Part shown: positions 46,101 to 55,604 of the stretch, piece by piece
Layout of the letters: each line of letters starts with the position of its first letter
How positions within the stretch are numbered: the first letter of the stretch is position 1
From: Savitreella phatthalungensis
Taxonomy: Eukaryota
Direction: 5' to 3'
Assembly: GCA_051599415.1 (NCBI GenBank)
Contig: AP039697.1
Span: 62,001 to 126,000 of the forward strand
Length of the DNA: 64,000 nucleotides
Translations under genes and position numbers: made by a program
Notes under the pieces: model-generated
The model's input: the letters and a program-made list of their open reading frames with translations, nothing else
The model's database searches: none
Told to the model about the DNA's origin: nothing

Positions 46101-49100
46101 CATGCATCGCGATGGCTCACCCTTTCCCTCAGGTCGCACAATCCTCTGGCAGACCGTTCCAATGCTCCTGCTCTCACCCATCATCACGATCTTCGTCCAC
46201 GAGCATGATGTCCTCATCTACCTTATCGTCATATATGTCTTTGTCGTGATTCTCTATCTCCGATTCCGGAGACTGTCGACTGCCTGGTCGCAGTGGTACG
46301 CAGGGATAGAGACGCTCACAGACGCTCAGGTCACAAAATGGTATCGCGACAACGCCGCCACAGAGAAGGAAGAAGCAAACGACGCAGACTACGAGACCTG
46401 TAGGCAGGCTCTTGCATGGGCTGTCGAGCAAGAGCGACGAAAGTCTTCGAAGCATGCATCACCACTTATCAAAAAGCTTGCCTTCGGTCGAGAGTATGCT
46501 CGCTGGCTGCTCAAGAAGGATCTCGCTCCAGGAGCGGACGTACCGCTTCCGTACTCCTCAGCCTGGAACAACCAGCTCAAGATGGGACTGACCACCTATG
46601 AGAACTTTGTTCGAGGGCTGAAGGAACACAGTGGCTTCTTGCAATTCCGTTATGCGCGGGCTGAGATCGGCTGGAACGTCTGTGTTTTCATCTCCGCTCT
46701 CCTGGATCGCTGGGTTTCGGTCACCATGTCAGCCGCTGGCAATGGTCCCATCAACCTGTTTGCCAAGCGCGACAATCGCTACTCCATCGCCCTAGCACTC
46801 TTCTACTTCCTCAGCTCAGCTGTCGCTCTCGACTTTCAGTGCCAATTCTGCTGGGCTGCACTTGCAGCAGCCTCAACCGACGTCCTCGAGTCAGCCTCAG
46901 CACTGGAATCGACCGAACAGCGTTCAAAGGCCCGTCGCAGCGCTCTCTTCTGGCGAACCCTCCGTGGCCTGCTTGCCATGATGAGCATTTTCTTCGGCAT
47001 CGCCTGCTTCATCCTCTTCTTCTGGGTCGGTGGTGGTGAGCAACTCATCCTCTTCTTCGCCTATTCAGCTGCATACACCTTCGTCCTACTCGAACAGTAC
47101 GTGAGAGTCTTCATCCCAGAGACGAGCACCGCATTCAAGCTCCTCGCCACAGCGATCACTATCGGCTATCTGTCTGGCGTCGTTCTCCATCTCATCCCGG
47201 CAATCTACGACTGGATCTACATCGACGTCATCGTCCTCGGTGGTACAGCGGCCCTAGGTACAGTGCTCCTCCTCATCGCCGCTGACCTCCGGTCTGCAGA
47301 GCCAAAGAAGGTCTACAGTCCGCAGGAGTTTATGGAACGAACCGGCTGGAAGACCCACTCGCAGAAACACATTGGACTGCGTCCGCTCTCTGATAGCAAG
47401 CTTCAAGCTGCCATGAAGGACCTCCCCTGGCCAGATGTTGAGAAGGCATCAGTCATACTTGACTTGAACAAGTACACAGCCGTCGTAAACTCTGTCACAC
47501 GCGCGATTTCCTCTCTCAACGCTGACCCACGCGTCGCCACAGTCTTCCCCAATCACGTCTGGCTGCTACGAGACATCCGCAAGCGCTGGCTTGAAGGCAC
47601 CACGAACGTCTACATGGTCGATCAGGAAACCTTCCGCAAACTCAAGCTACCAGTTTCCGCCTTAGCTCGGCACAAAGGCGAAACGCTCGAAGTCTTTGTC
47701 GCGGTTACGCTTCTGAACGACAACTGGCTCGAATCGTCGGCCGGCATCGTCGGTCCTATCATAGCCGAAGCCCTCGTACACGAGACGTGCGAGTGCATTC
47801 ATGGAATGCCTCACTGGCGCTCCGTCCTTGCGGAAACGATGATGAGCAGCGGACTCAAGCTCTCGCGCTGTGCACCGCAATTCAATTCGGCAAGTCTTGA
47901 GGACGTCGAGCACTGCGTTCTTGCCACTGGCGCAGAAATTGCATCTCGCGTCTGCCTACGCATTGATCTCGAGCACGAGTGGAATGACCTGCCCGAGGAA
48001 CTTCGTCAATTTGTCGTCCAGCGCATAGTTGGCTGTGAGACAGTAGTGACCGGCCGAGTTCATTCCTGGCTGGCAAAGCGTCTCCCAAGTTGCACAGCAG
48101 AGCAGGCTATCGCAGCCTACGATCTCTCCATTGCACTCGCCTGGGAAGTTGATGGCCTCGCCCGCAACTCACTGGCCCGAATCAGCGAACGTCGACCGGA
48201 AGAACCTCTACCAATGACACGCCACTTTGGCGGCCTTGTCCATGCAAAGTCACTCGCCCGCCGGTTCTTCGACGGACTTTACAGCCTCGTCAAGTACGTG
48301 GCAATTGTCAGCGTCGGCGACCCTGACGTACCTCGTGAATTCGTCTGGTCGACGCGCGGCAGCAGCTTCCGTTACGTTGGACGCTTCATCCTCTTGTCAG
48401 TCTGGCAAGCATGTCGCTTACTGCGTGTCCTCGTCGTAGAGTTCACCCTCATTCATTCGCGCCCCGAGGTCAGTGACATCCTCGGGCTCTGTCGCAACGG
48501 TATCGAGCGCCGCATCACCCGCAATCGTGTCATCAATCTCGACCCGGACTCTCCCAGCACCGGCTTTATGACGGAACAATCGCGAGCAGGCTCGGAGATG
48601 GCGATTGAAGTCTACGATGGCGTTCGGGAAACACCCGGATCAGCCGACCAGCGGACTGCCATCTGCTACTATGACGAGCTCGAGCGTCTTGTGGAGATGA
48701 AGAAACTCGGCAAGGCAGGCAAGACCACTGCTCACTACTTGTATCGCTACGACACCGACGCCAATCGTATCCCGTACGTGCGCGAAACAATTCGTCCGCA
48801 GCATGCTCTTGCCTACTACGATGACAATGGCAGAATTTGTCGGGGTACCAGGCAAATTGATGGTGCAGAATGGACGTATGAGTATGTCTACGCTGCTGAC
48901 GGCCGCAGTCGCACAGTCCGGAAAGCTCTCTACTCCACCGGTGCCGGCCACAAAATCCAAACGGCTACAATTTTCTGGTGTATCACGCCTGGAGCAACCG
49001 TAGATGTGCCTGATGACGACGAGGTTGCACGCTGGTCGCCGACACTGAAGGTCACGCGATACATCTGGTCCACAGCCAAGGAAGAATGGGACCTGATCTA

Positions 49101-52100
49101 CACATATCGCCACAAGCGCGATCCGGCCATCCACTGTACATACCGAGACCTGACTTCTGGCGAGACAATCGGCACAGATACCATGCCTCCCTGGATGTCG
49201 TCAGACAAAACCGGTTTCACGCAGCGTCCAGTCCGTCAAGACTTTGCACAAGAAGATCTCCTCTTCGTTCTGCCGGCCCTCAGCTCGACGTGGCAGCGCT
49301 TCAAGCACCGATTCAGCTGGGCTGGCACTCGACGCGGCTTCCAGCCGCTATCGACAGGTGAGAAGCGTACGCTGCTGTGGCGGCGATGGCACAAGTCTCG
49401 CTCGCTCGATGGTGTCATCTGCTGCTTCCTCGACGAGCAGATCCTGCGAGACGAAGCGGTCCTCAAGCCGTACTGGCAGATGCGTGACAGCGGTATGCTC
49501 AAGTCCGCCACCTCCTACCTGCGCAAGCACATTGACGAGGTGGCGGCTGCAATCGACATCGTTGATGACGTGTCACAGAATACCTTCCTGCCGATGAAGC
49601 TCGGAGACCTCTTCACCATGGGACAAGGCGGCACATCCAACTACAAGACTCGAACGCTCGAAGACAATCTCGCCGACTCGTACGATCGTCTGAGTATAGC
49701 CTTTCTCGATACCGGCTGCTTCCCAGACCAGCCAGGAGGTGTGTCAAACTGCCGACGCGATCTCGTCAATGGTCACACGACAATCCGAAACCACGTCTTC
49801 ACGGAGAGTGCAAGCGACTTCGGTATCCCCCGATACCAGGTCGAGCGCAATGTGCAGAGCATCAAAGTCCTCCCTATGTGGGGTCTTGACTACCTGTCCC
49901 CGTACCATGGCCTCTTCGACAATTTACTAGATTCGCAAGTCGCCTACAGGGAAGAACATACTACCCAGAGCGACATCAAACGTTTCTTTGTGCCAATACT
50001 TCAGACGCTGGTCCGCGGCGCACGCTCCCTGAGCTACACAAGCGCAGACCTCGAGCGTTACACACAGGCTTTTGTCGACCTGAGCATGTACTTCGAAGAG
50101 AAGGACTACTTAAAGTCGTGGGCATCTAAGCACACCAAGCGGGCGTGGCGCGAAGCATGGCTAGCCGATCAAGAAAACGCCGTGACTATCAACGAGTACA
50201 TGGCGATTGAATTGCCGTCCGCAGCGCACTTTGACGAGGCAATGGAGCTCTGGCGTCGATACTTCTTTGTCTTCAGCGTCCGGATCCCAGAAGAAGTCCC
50301 AACAGTCTTCCAGTGCACGCACCACGGCGTAGCATCACTCTTCGGTATGCTGCTGAAACTCCGTCGCGGGACCGCGTACCAGATCTGGGACCATGCCATC
50401 TACTGGCGGGAATCTTGTCTCAACATCAGCAGCTCACAGTGCATCCTCCCCCTCTCCGTCCAGAACATGCTCCTCGGCGCGATTCGGCTATCAAGTCATC
50501 TCGCCTACACGCATGCCGACGTCGTTCTGCCTTGCACTAATCTCTTCAATCCGGAGTGGGAGAAGGACATCGGCAGTGGTCTTGGTCGGCGCATGGATCG
50601 AAACGTGTTTGGTCGCAAGATTGACCCCGTCGTGAACGGTATCTCAGACATGGAGCGTTTCGAGCCTGTCGACAAACTCGGCAGCGACCGTCCGACCGTC
50701 ATGATGCTGAGCAACGTGCAATTCATCAAGGATGTCAAGAACGCAGTCTACTCTGCAGACATTATCGTCAATCGCTTCGGCTTCAAGAAGTACAGACTTG
50801 TCATCTATGGCGCTCTCGATCGTACTCCTCAATACACCGCAGAGACGGAAGCTATCATCCGAAAGCGCAATCTCGAGGACAATGTCATTCTCGCAGGCTT
50901 CGGCAATCCGAAGGAGATTCTCAAGGATGCATGGGCTTTCATGAATTCGTCCTTGTCCGAAGGACTCCCGCTGGCAATTGGTGAAGCCGCCTTGTCTGGA
51001 GCTCCGATCATCGCGACTGACGTCGGAGCCACTGCCCTCGTCATCTCCGATCCGATCGACCCGAAGACTCGATACGGCGAGATTGTGCCACCGAACGATT
51101 CGCTTGCTCTCGCACGCGCCCAGATCCAGATTCTGTCAATGCTCGGCCCTTGGACAAAATATACAGGCGATTCTCCTCCTCCTCTTCCAGAGGTCTTCAC
51201 TTCCAATGACGTCGACTGGATTACTCAGCGCATGTACGACAAGACGCCCGAGCGGCGTGCTCTCGGACTCAAGGGTCGTGAGACTGTTCTTCACTCGTTC
51301 AACGGCAACAGGTATCTCAGAGAGCACGAGCAGATGTACTGGCTCGGCAGCTATCGATCCAAGCACAGACGCGACCCGCTACTGACGCCGTCCGATATCG
51401 CGCTTGTCAAGCTCGGTGAGCTGACGGATATGGATCTCGACTTGCGGCTGCCAGAGTCAAAGCTCTGGTCACAGAAGCCATGGCGGTACTTTGACGATCG
51501 CGGTGGCATCATTCACAAGATCGTCACCAAACTCTCCGGAAGCAAGAAAGAAGCAGTCGTGACGACGCGAAGCATCGCCTCATCCACGGCCTCCCACGGC
51601 ACTTCAGACACGGAAGATATCTCCTTGCGCTACATGCCGGCGGCACATCGGGCCGACAGAGCGCTGCTAGCCCGACAGCAGCAACTATTCCAGCCCAACC
51701 TTCAAAGGCCTTCTGCCTCGAGCAACTCTTCATCGGCTCGTGGTACCAACCTAGCGTTCGACCGCGCCCGTGCCAAGATCGCAATGCCGCAAGTGTCCGA
51801 CGCAGTGTACAAAGCGTATGCTACGCAACACATGCAGCAATTGCGACATGCCTCGCGTGGTGGAGCGACCGATAGCGTTTCAGACCACGATGACAGCTCC
51901 GCTGAGTACCGTGGTGGCTCTGTGTCCGCTGATGCCACAAATGGCGGCTCGTACACGCGCCGCTGGTCTGCCAGCATGGACATTACAGAAGAGGATGACG
52001 ACCTGAACGAAGAAAGTGATGGCATCGATGCCTATCTCGACTACACCGACTACTATGCCAACGACGAAAACCAAGATAGCTATGACCAAGCATACGAGCT

Positions 52101-52158
52101 CACCACCACAGAATTGAGCTCGCCCTGGCAAGGTCCATCACATTGGCAGCAACACTGA
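43174..52158 (+). CDS. gtb3: Giant multi-pass GT4 glycosyltransferase, galactosaminogalactan synthase Gtb3-like (PelF-like GT-B domain)
   Basis: About 2990-aa uninterrupted ORF. N-terminal TM, soluble domain, two TM blocks (about 45710-46270 and 46670-47280), then PGGVSNCRRDLVNGH, WDHAIYWRE, MLSNVQFIKDVKNAV, LVIYGALD, the GT4 Ex7E motif SEGLPLAIGE (50959-50985), and ATDVGAT. The start may instead be ATG 43079 via intron 43124..43200. Confidence 0.88.
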   Translation: MPIALIYWQAPLSPSLYFITWYHTLLFAIAATCLFVPLANYARHYLVYLYRKRRARPVIVQVEKSAGTLHSLETIRSTPFWPSRSELEERLQAAANDYVFYCGRNEQNLKGLSKVGIVALTYDAPKRLIEACSHDAVLLARCNLFKLNESRDRTEQEEEEDLEKKSNSRNNRVALDFVELIQRRWINKNFHGVLLPLSDILDNPSWITLCHHLASLNLLVFLEIKPDYKNLQGIDLGLCDGLVIRNAAILPTGDRRDFFKGFELRDVLGRCTRQKAQRPHFTAILHDPSLPPSVPILRRAYKFAKFHEVILASCGRDTARLRSALPRKEPYSAFDWLKRPDVLELHRNWLDAKVDLEIFPRANVLDLDLDKLEHDFPSIGATFFHADEPWPDMGPTSTLPPPEWTVGAPVRASFFTTGRRGQELATEACFELREEVEPCHVEAVLRSQRHMRDLKLAQEITILQKQVVFEHLGDIANNQVAASLMQAEEFRLFQRLVSGIKAGSVVIMEGLDTGFSMPNNRFHLWGVSEQVGDVLFIHVSLKAKDLAAVVLHTYMLSQGLDRRRAFEVEMVLEIARTGKTELPPRVLDELRSATKSELVEYLQQIRLSADSTSGFLGVVIDEVERLLLDGTTRQAWRKLHGEEFLAGRATPRILYDARLDIWRQQGLSHPLNVDALVYMHKIVDERISRALHDCDAGMIDNLTEMLANAFRQGSVALEADLLALMVFCAFRRIAVEETYVAATDRCPIFHFQRDQPGVFSELWVIGSQCEVYFDVVPSVLGAIHYDKYRAYLKSDPPPRDAWDGINVFTAYHKVENPSQEGTLAGDAAPIDPFAEKSISRFPRLQKFAFLSIFCVPAALDVLMLALIGRGLFQTAYMTDEEVTFATLGLLASLLLCSGTIGWIGASGGYYLYNAAFDSMLHLMTQKLSGAVALTLAVGVLAWLGIGLQAGWYAGFIFFMYLMAITTYFNILGILATMHRDGSPFPSGRTILWQTVPMLLLSPIITIFVHEHDVLIYLIVIYVFVVILYLRFRRLSTAWSQWYAGIETLTDAQVTKWYRDNAATEKEEANDADYETCRQALAWAVEQERRKSSKHASPLIKKLAFGREYARWLLKKDLAPGADVPLPYSSAWNNQLKMGLTTYENFVRGLKEHSGFLQFRYARAEIGWNVCVFISALLDRWVSVTMSAAGNGPINLFAKRDNRYSIALALFYFLSSAVALDFQCQFCWAALAAASTDVLESASALESTEQRSKARRSALFWRTLRGLLAMMSIFFGIACFILFFWVGGGEQLILFFAYSAAYTFVLLEQYVRVFIPETSTAFKLLATAITIGYLSGVVLHLIPAIYDWIYIDVIVLGGTAALGTVLLLIAADLRSAEPKKVYSPQEFMERTGWKTHSQKHIGLRPLSDSKLQAAMKDLPWPDVEKASVILDLNKYTAVVNSVTRAISSLNADPRVATVFPNHVWLLRDIRKRWLEGTTNVYMVDQETFRKLKLPVSALARHKGETLEVFVAVTLLNDNWLESSAGIVGPIIAEALVHETCECIHGMPHWRSVLAETMMSSGLKLSRCAPQFNSASLEDVEHCVLATGAEIASRVCLRIDLEHEWNDLPEELRQFVVQRIVGCETVVTGRVHSWLAKRLPSCTAEQAIAAYDLSIALAWEVDGLARNSLARISERRPEEPLPMTRHFGGLVHAKSLARRFFDGLYSLVKYVAIVSVGDPDVPREFVWSTRGSSFRYVGRFILLSVWQACRLLRVLVVEFTLIHSRPEVSDILGLCRNGIERRITRNRVINLDPDSPSTGFMTEQSRAGSEMAIEVYDGVRETPGSADQRTAICYYDELERLVEMKKLGKAGKTTAHYLYRYDTDANRIPYVRETIRPQHALAYYDDNGRICRGTRQIDGAEWTYEYVYAADGRSRTVRKALYSTGAGHKIQTATIFWCITPGATVDVPDDDEVARWSPTLKVTRYIWSTAKEEWDLIYTYRHKRDPAIHCTYRDLTSGETIGTDTMPPWMSSDKTGFTQRPVRQDFAQEDLLFVLPALSSTWQRFKHRFSWAGTRRGFQPLSTGEKRTLLWRRWHKSRSLDGVICCFLDEQILRDEAVLKPYWQMRDSGMLKSATSYLRKHIDEVAAAIDIVDDVSQNTFLPMKLGDLFTMGQGGTSNYKTRTLEDNLADSYDRLSIAFLDTGCFPDQPGGVSNCRRDLVNGHTTIRNHVFTESASDFGIPRYQVERNVQSIKVLPMWGLDYLSPYHGLFDNLLDSQVAYREEHTTQSDIKRFFVPILQTLVRGARSLSYTSADLERYTQAFVDLSMYFEEKDYLKSWASKHTKRAWREAWLADQENAVTINEYMAIELPSAAHFDEAMELWRRYFFVFSVRIPEEVPTVFQCTHHGVASLFGMLLKLRRGTAYQIWDHAIYWRESCLNISSSQCILPLSVQNMLLGAIRLSSHLAYTHADVVLPCTNLFNPEWEKDIGSGLGRRMDRNVFGRKIDPVVNGISDMERFEPVDKLGSDRPTVMMLSNVQFIKDVKNAVYSADIIVNRFGFKKYRLVIYGALDRTPQYTAETEAIIRKRNLEDNVILAGFGNPKEILKDAWAFMNSSLSEGLPLAIGEAALSGAPIIATDVGATALVISDPIDPKTRYGEIVPPNDSLALARAQIQILSMLGPWTKYTGDSPPPLPEVFTSNDVDWITQRMYDKTPERRALGLKGRETVLHSFNGNRYLREHEQMYWLGSYRSKHRRDPLLTPSDIALVKLGELTDMDLDLRLPESKLWSQKPWRYFDDRGGIIHKIVTKLSGSKKEAVVTTRSIASSTASHGTSDTEDISLRYMPAAHRADRALLARQQQLFQPNLQRPSASSNSSSARGTNLAFDRARAKIAMPQVSDAVYKAYATQHMQQLRHASRGGATDSVSDHDDSSAEYRGGSVSADATNGGSYTRRWSASMDITEEDDDLNEESDGIDAYLDYTDYYANDENQDSYDQAYELTTTELSSPWQGPSHWQQH

Positions 52159-52475
52159 GGGACCCTTTACCTTTCGTCTGCTCGCCATCTATGTAGATAC
52201 TTTTACTCTGATAATGACTATATATACAAGCTATCCGTCGCCCAAGTCCATCACAGGCATATCGCGTCATGCGTCACGTCGCTCATCCTCCTGATACGTG
52301 CCGCGTGACATAATACCGTGCCACCTGACATAGAATGAGCCATAGACCCTGACACAGAAACGCAACTGTCGGACCATGCTTGCACTACATGGCACGCGGA
52401 CCGTATCAGCACCTAGCGCAAGAGCTCTATATAGACAGGGCAGATGGCCTGTAGTTTCCCTGCCAGAGAAGTCTC

Positions 52476-54881
52476 ATGTCGGCCCCCTCCAAAACCGACG
52501 AGAAGGTCGGAGGTCAGGATTCCCCAGGAATCGAAGAGACAGCATCGGCTAACTCATCAAATGAGCCGCCCAAGCAAGATAGTAATGTGGACGAGCGTGG
52601 CAACCCCATCGAACCGCTGAACGATGCCTTCAGCAGCGAAGACATCAACGCGATCGTGTCGACTGTCGACGATCCAGACATGCCAGTGAACACGTTCAGA
52701 TCTTGGTTTATCGGGTTGACGTTCACGGTCCTTGGCACTGGTATCAACACCTTTTTCTCTGAGCGATTGCCAGGGATCTACATCTCGTCCTTCGTCGCAC
52801 AGCTGCTGGCGTACCCTGCCGGAAAGCTGCTGGAAAAGACGCTGCCGACACGAAGGTGGCAAATTGGACGAAGCCACACATTCACACTGAACCCAGGACC
52901 GTTCAACGCTAAGGAGCAAATGCTCATCACAGTCTTCGCAAACGTCTCTTTCGCCACTGCATACGCATCGTACGTCATCATTGTCCAGCGGAACGACTAC
53001 TTCTACGGGCAGGATTGGGCGTCGAGCTGGGTGTACATGATCCTGCTGACGCTGAGCTCGCAGGTGATTGGGTATGGGTTGGCTGGTCTGGCAAGAGACG
53101 CGCTCGTGTGGAACAGGAAAGCAGTGTGGCCGACGGCGTTGGCAGTCGTCGCACTCAATCGGTCCTTCCACGCGCGCGAGAACCCATCGGCAAACGGCTG
53201 GAGAGTCTCAAAACTCAGATTCTTCACCTACGTCTTCATCGCCTCGTTCGTCTACTTCATCCTCGGTCCAGGATACCTGATCCAGGCAATGTCCATGTTC
53301 AATTGGATGACCTGGACCGCGCCCACGAACGTCAATCTGGCTGCGATGACTGGTGGGATCACGGGGCTCGGAATCAACCCTCTTCCGTCGTTTGACTGGA
53401 ATATGGCAGCGGGGCTGATGGACCCGATCATCTCGCCCTGGGGGGCGCTGGTGAACGTGTATGCGGGGATGTTGTTTGTCGGGGTGTTGGTGATCCCGGC
53501 ACTCTGGTACAGGAACACGTGGTCGTCAGCGTACCTGCCCATCAACTCCAACAAGCCGTTCGACAACCTCGGAAAGCGGTACGACGTCCGCAGAATCCTC
53601 GACGCCCGCGGCAGACTCGACAAGACAGCCTACGAAACCTACTCACCAGTCTACCTCAGCGCAGCAAACGCTATCCTCTACGGCGCATACTTCGCAATCT
53701 ACCCAGCAGTCATCATCCACGCAGCCCTCTACCAGGGCAGACCGATCAAGGAAGCCTTTGTCGGGCTGTTCTCGTGGGTGCCGGCACTCCGGAGAAGAGG
53801 ATTGGGCATGTCAGCACCAGCAGAGAGCCACGAGTCTGAAGTGAGGATGGAAGACAGGGATGACGTTCATCGGAAGCTCATGAGCGTCTACGAAGAAGTA
53901 CCGCACTGGTGGTACGGTGGCGTGTTGGTGGTCGGATTCTTCATGGCGATTGCCATGATCGCCGCATACCCAACAGACATGCCTGTCTGGGGACTCTTCT
54001 TCGCACTCGGTCTGGGCGTGGTCTTTCTGATCCCAACAGGTCTCATCGCAGCCGTCAGCAGCATTGAGATTGGGCTGAATGTGATCTCCGAACTGATTGT
54101 GGGATTCGCACTCCCAGGAAGACCAGTTGGTATGATGATCTTCAAGACATACTCAACCATCACTTTATCGCAGGCAGTCGCATTCCTGTCCGATCTCAAA
54201 CTAGGCCACTACACGCGGATTCCGCCACGGACGATGTTTGCCGCGCAGGTCACAGGCACCGTCCTGTCATCGATTATCTCTGTGGCAGTGGTGGATTGGC
54301 AACTGCGAAACGTCAAGGACTTCTGCCAGCCGCACCAGAAGCAGAAGTTCTCGTGTCCGAGCGCAAATACCTTTTTCTCTGCGTCGATCCTGTTTGGTGT
54401 GATCGGCCCAAGGGTCCAGTTTGGTGCAGATGGCGTCTACAAAGTGCTGACCTGGGGATTTCTGATCGGGGCATTTCTGCCACTGCCAATCTACTTTGCA
54501 GCCAAGCGGTGGCCCAATACAAGGTGGATCTCCAACTTACACGTCCCCTTGTTCCTCAACGGATTCGTCAACTTTGCGCCACTCAACTTTGCATACATCA
54601 CACCCGCACTACCGATCGGCTACATCTTCAACGTCAGGATCAAGAGGCGGGCGCACGCTTGGTGGCAGAATTACGCGTACGTGACGAGTGTGGCGATGTC
54701 ATCGTCGATTGCTGTGGCGTCACTGTTACTCTTCTTTGCACTCCAGGCACATGACAAGACAGTCGATTGGCAGGGCAACAGCAGGCCATACACTGGATGT
54801 GATCAAGACGGATGTCCACTCAAGTCACTCGGACAGAATGAGACGTTCGGGGTGCAGATCGGTAGCTTCAAGTGGTCATAA
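52476..54881 (+). CDS. OPT-family oligopeptide transporter
   Basis: DDPDMPVNTFRSW, LNPGPFNAKEQMLIT, YEEVPHWWY, DLKLGHYTRIPPR, many TM helices; 801 aa. Confidence 0.93.
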   Translation: MSAPSKTDEKVGGQDSPGIEETASANSSNEPPKQDSNVDERGNPIEPLNDAFSSEDINAIVSTVDDPDMPVNTFRSWFIGLTFTVLGTGINTFFSERLPGIYISSFVAQLLAYPAGKLLEKTLPTRRWQIGRSHTFTLNPGPFNAKEQMLITVFANVSFATAYASYVIIVQRNDYFYGQDWASSWVYMILLTLSSQVIGYGLAGLARDALVWNRKAVWPTALAVVALNRSFHARENPSANGWRVSKLRFFTYVFIASFVYFILGPGYLIQAMSMFNWMTWTAPTNVNLAAMTGGITGLGINPLPSFDWNMAAGLMDPIISPWGALVNVYAGMLFVGVLVIPALWYRNTWSSAYLPINSNKPFDNLGKRYDVRRILDARGRLDKTAYETYSPVYLSAANAILYGAYFAIYPAVIIHAALYQGRPIKEAFVGLFSWVPALRRRGLGMSAPAESHESEVRMEDRDDVHRKLMSVYEEVPHWWYGGVLVVGFFMAIAMIAAYPTDMPVWGLFFALGLGVVFLIPTGLIAAVSSIEIGLNVISELIVGFALPGRPVGMMIFKTYSTITLSQAVAFLSDLKLGHYTRIPPRTMFAAQVTGTVLSSIISVAVVDWQLRNVKDFCQPHQKQKFSCPSANTFFSASILFGVIGPRVQFGADGVYKVLTWGFLIGAFLPLPIYFAAKRWPNTRWISNLHVPLFLNGFVNFAPLNFAYITPALPIGYIFNVRIKRRAHAWWQNYAYVTSVAMSSSIAVASLLLFFALQAHDKTVDWQGNSRPYTGCDQDGCPLKSLGQNETFGVQIGSFKWS

Positions 54882-55290
54882 GGTGAGACTTAATGTAGGA
54901 GATTGGAAAGGGAGAGGGGCATAGGAAGATTGAATGATACAAAGGCTTGTTGAAAATACTAGGGAGTGCCTACGGGAGATATGTGTGATAAGAGAATGCC
55001 TATATGTAGAGGAGATGGAGAGTGACGCCGTGTGGTCAGGTTGGTCATGCAATGTCTCTATGGAATCCGTTGCTGCACGTACGTAGGCGAATCAATTTCC
55101 CGGGTGCAGCTGTACACGTGATCTGAAGTTCGGTGCACAATTCAAGGTTTCTATATATAGTACGGTGTCGCCTATAGTCAGGCTGGCTCAGAACTGTGCA
55201 TGAAATGCTGTCCCACTGTATCACTACAGAACTAATTTGTACGTGTATTACACAGCGTTAATTGCCTGTGGGGGATCTGAGAGTCATGAC

Positions 55291-55334
55291 AGTGCCAACG
55301 TAGTGCCAATATGTAGTGCCAACATGTAGTGCAA
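55291..55334. repeat. Short degenerate tandem repeat with (T)AGTGCCAA core, 3-4 units
   Basis: agtgccaacg-tagtgccaatatg-tagtgccaacatg-tagtgcaa. Confidence 0.7.
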
Positions 55335-55546
55335 TACCAGATCTATCTGGGTAAAATATCATGAATCTGAGATTGGTATCTATTCGAGGTCCGTTCAGTG
55401 GATCGTTTCAAAAGGTCGAGTGGTGTATTGGTAACTCCTCAATATATGCCCGAGCAAATTGTGCATCCTTTCCTCCGTGAACTGTATGGCAGAAGATGTG
55501 CGTGGAGCGCATACCCGTACGTGTGCAATCAAATCCAAGATCGTCA

Positions 55547-55604
55547 TTCAGCCAGTAATTTATATAATTTAATTGATCATTTCAGCCAGTAATTTATATA
55601 ATTT
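55547..55604. repeat. Perfect 24-bp direct repeat TTCAGCCAGTAATTTATATAATTT, two copies with 34-bp period, in an AT-rich island
   Basis: Copies at 55547..55570 and 55581..55604. Confidence 0.85.

Noticed and set aside
55547..55604. Direct repeats as a CRISPR array or LTR/TIR pair
   Set aside because: Only two copies with a 10-bp gap, eukaryotic context, and no cas, transposase or RT ORF.
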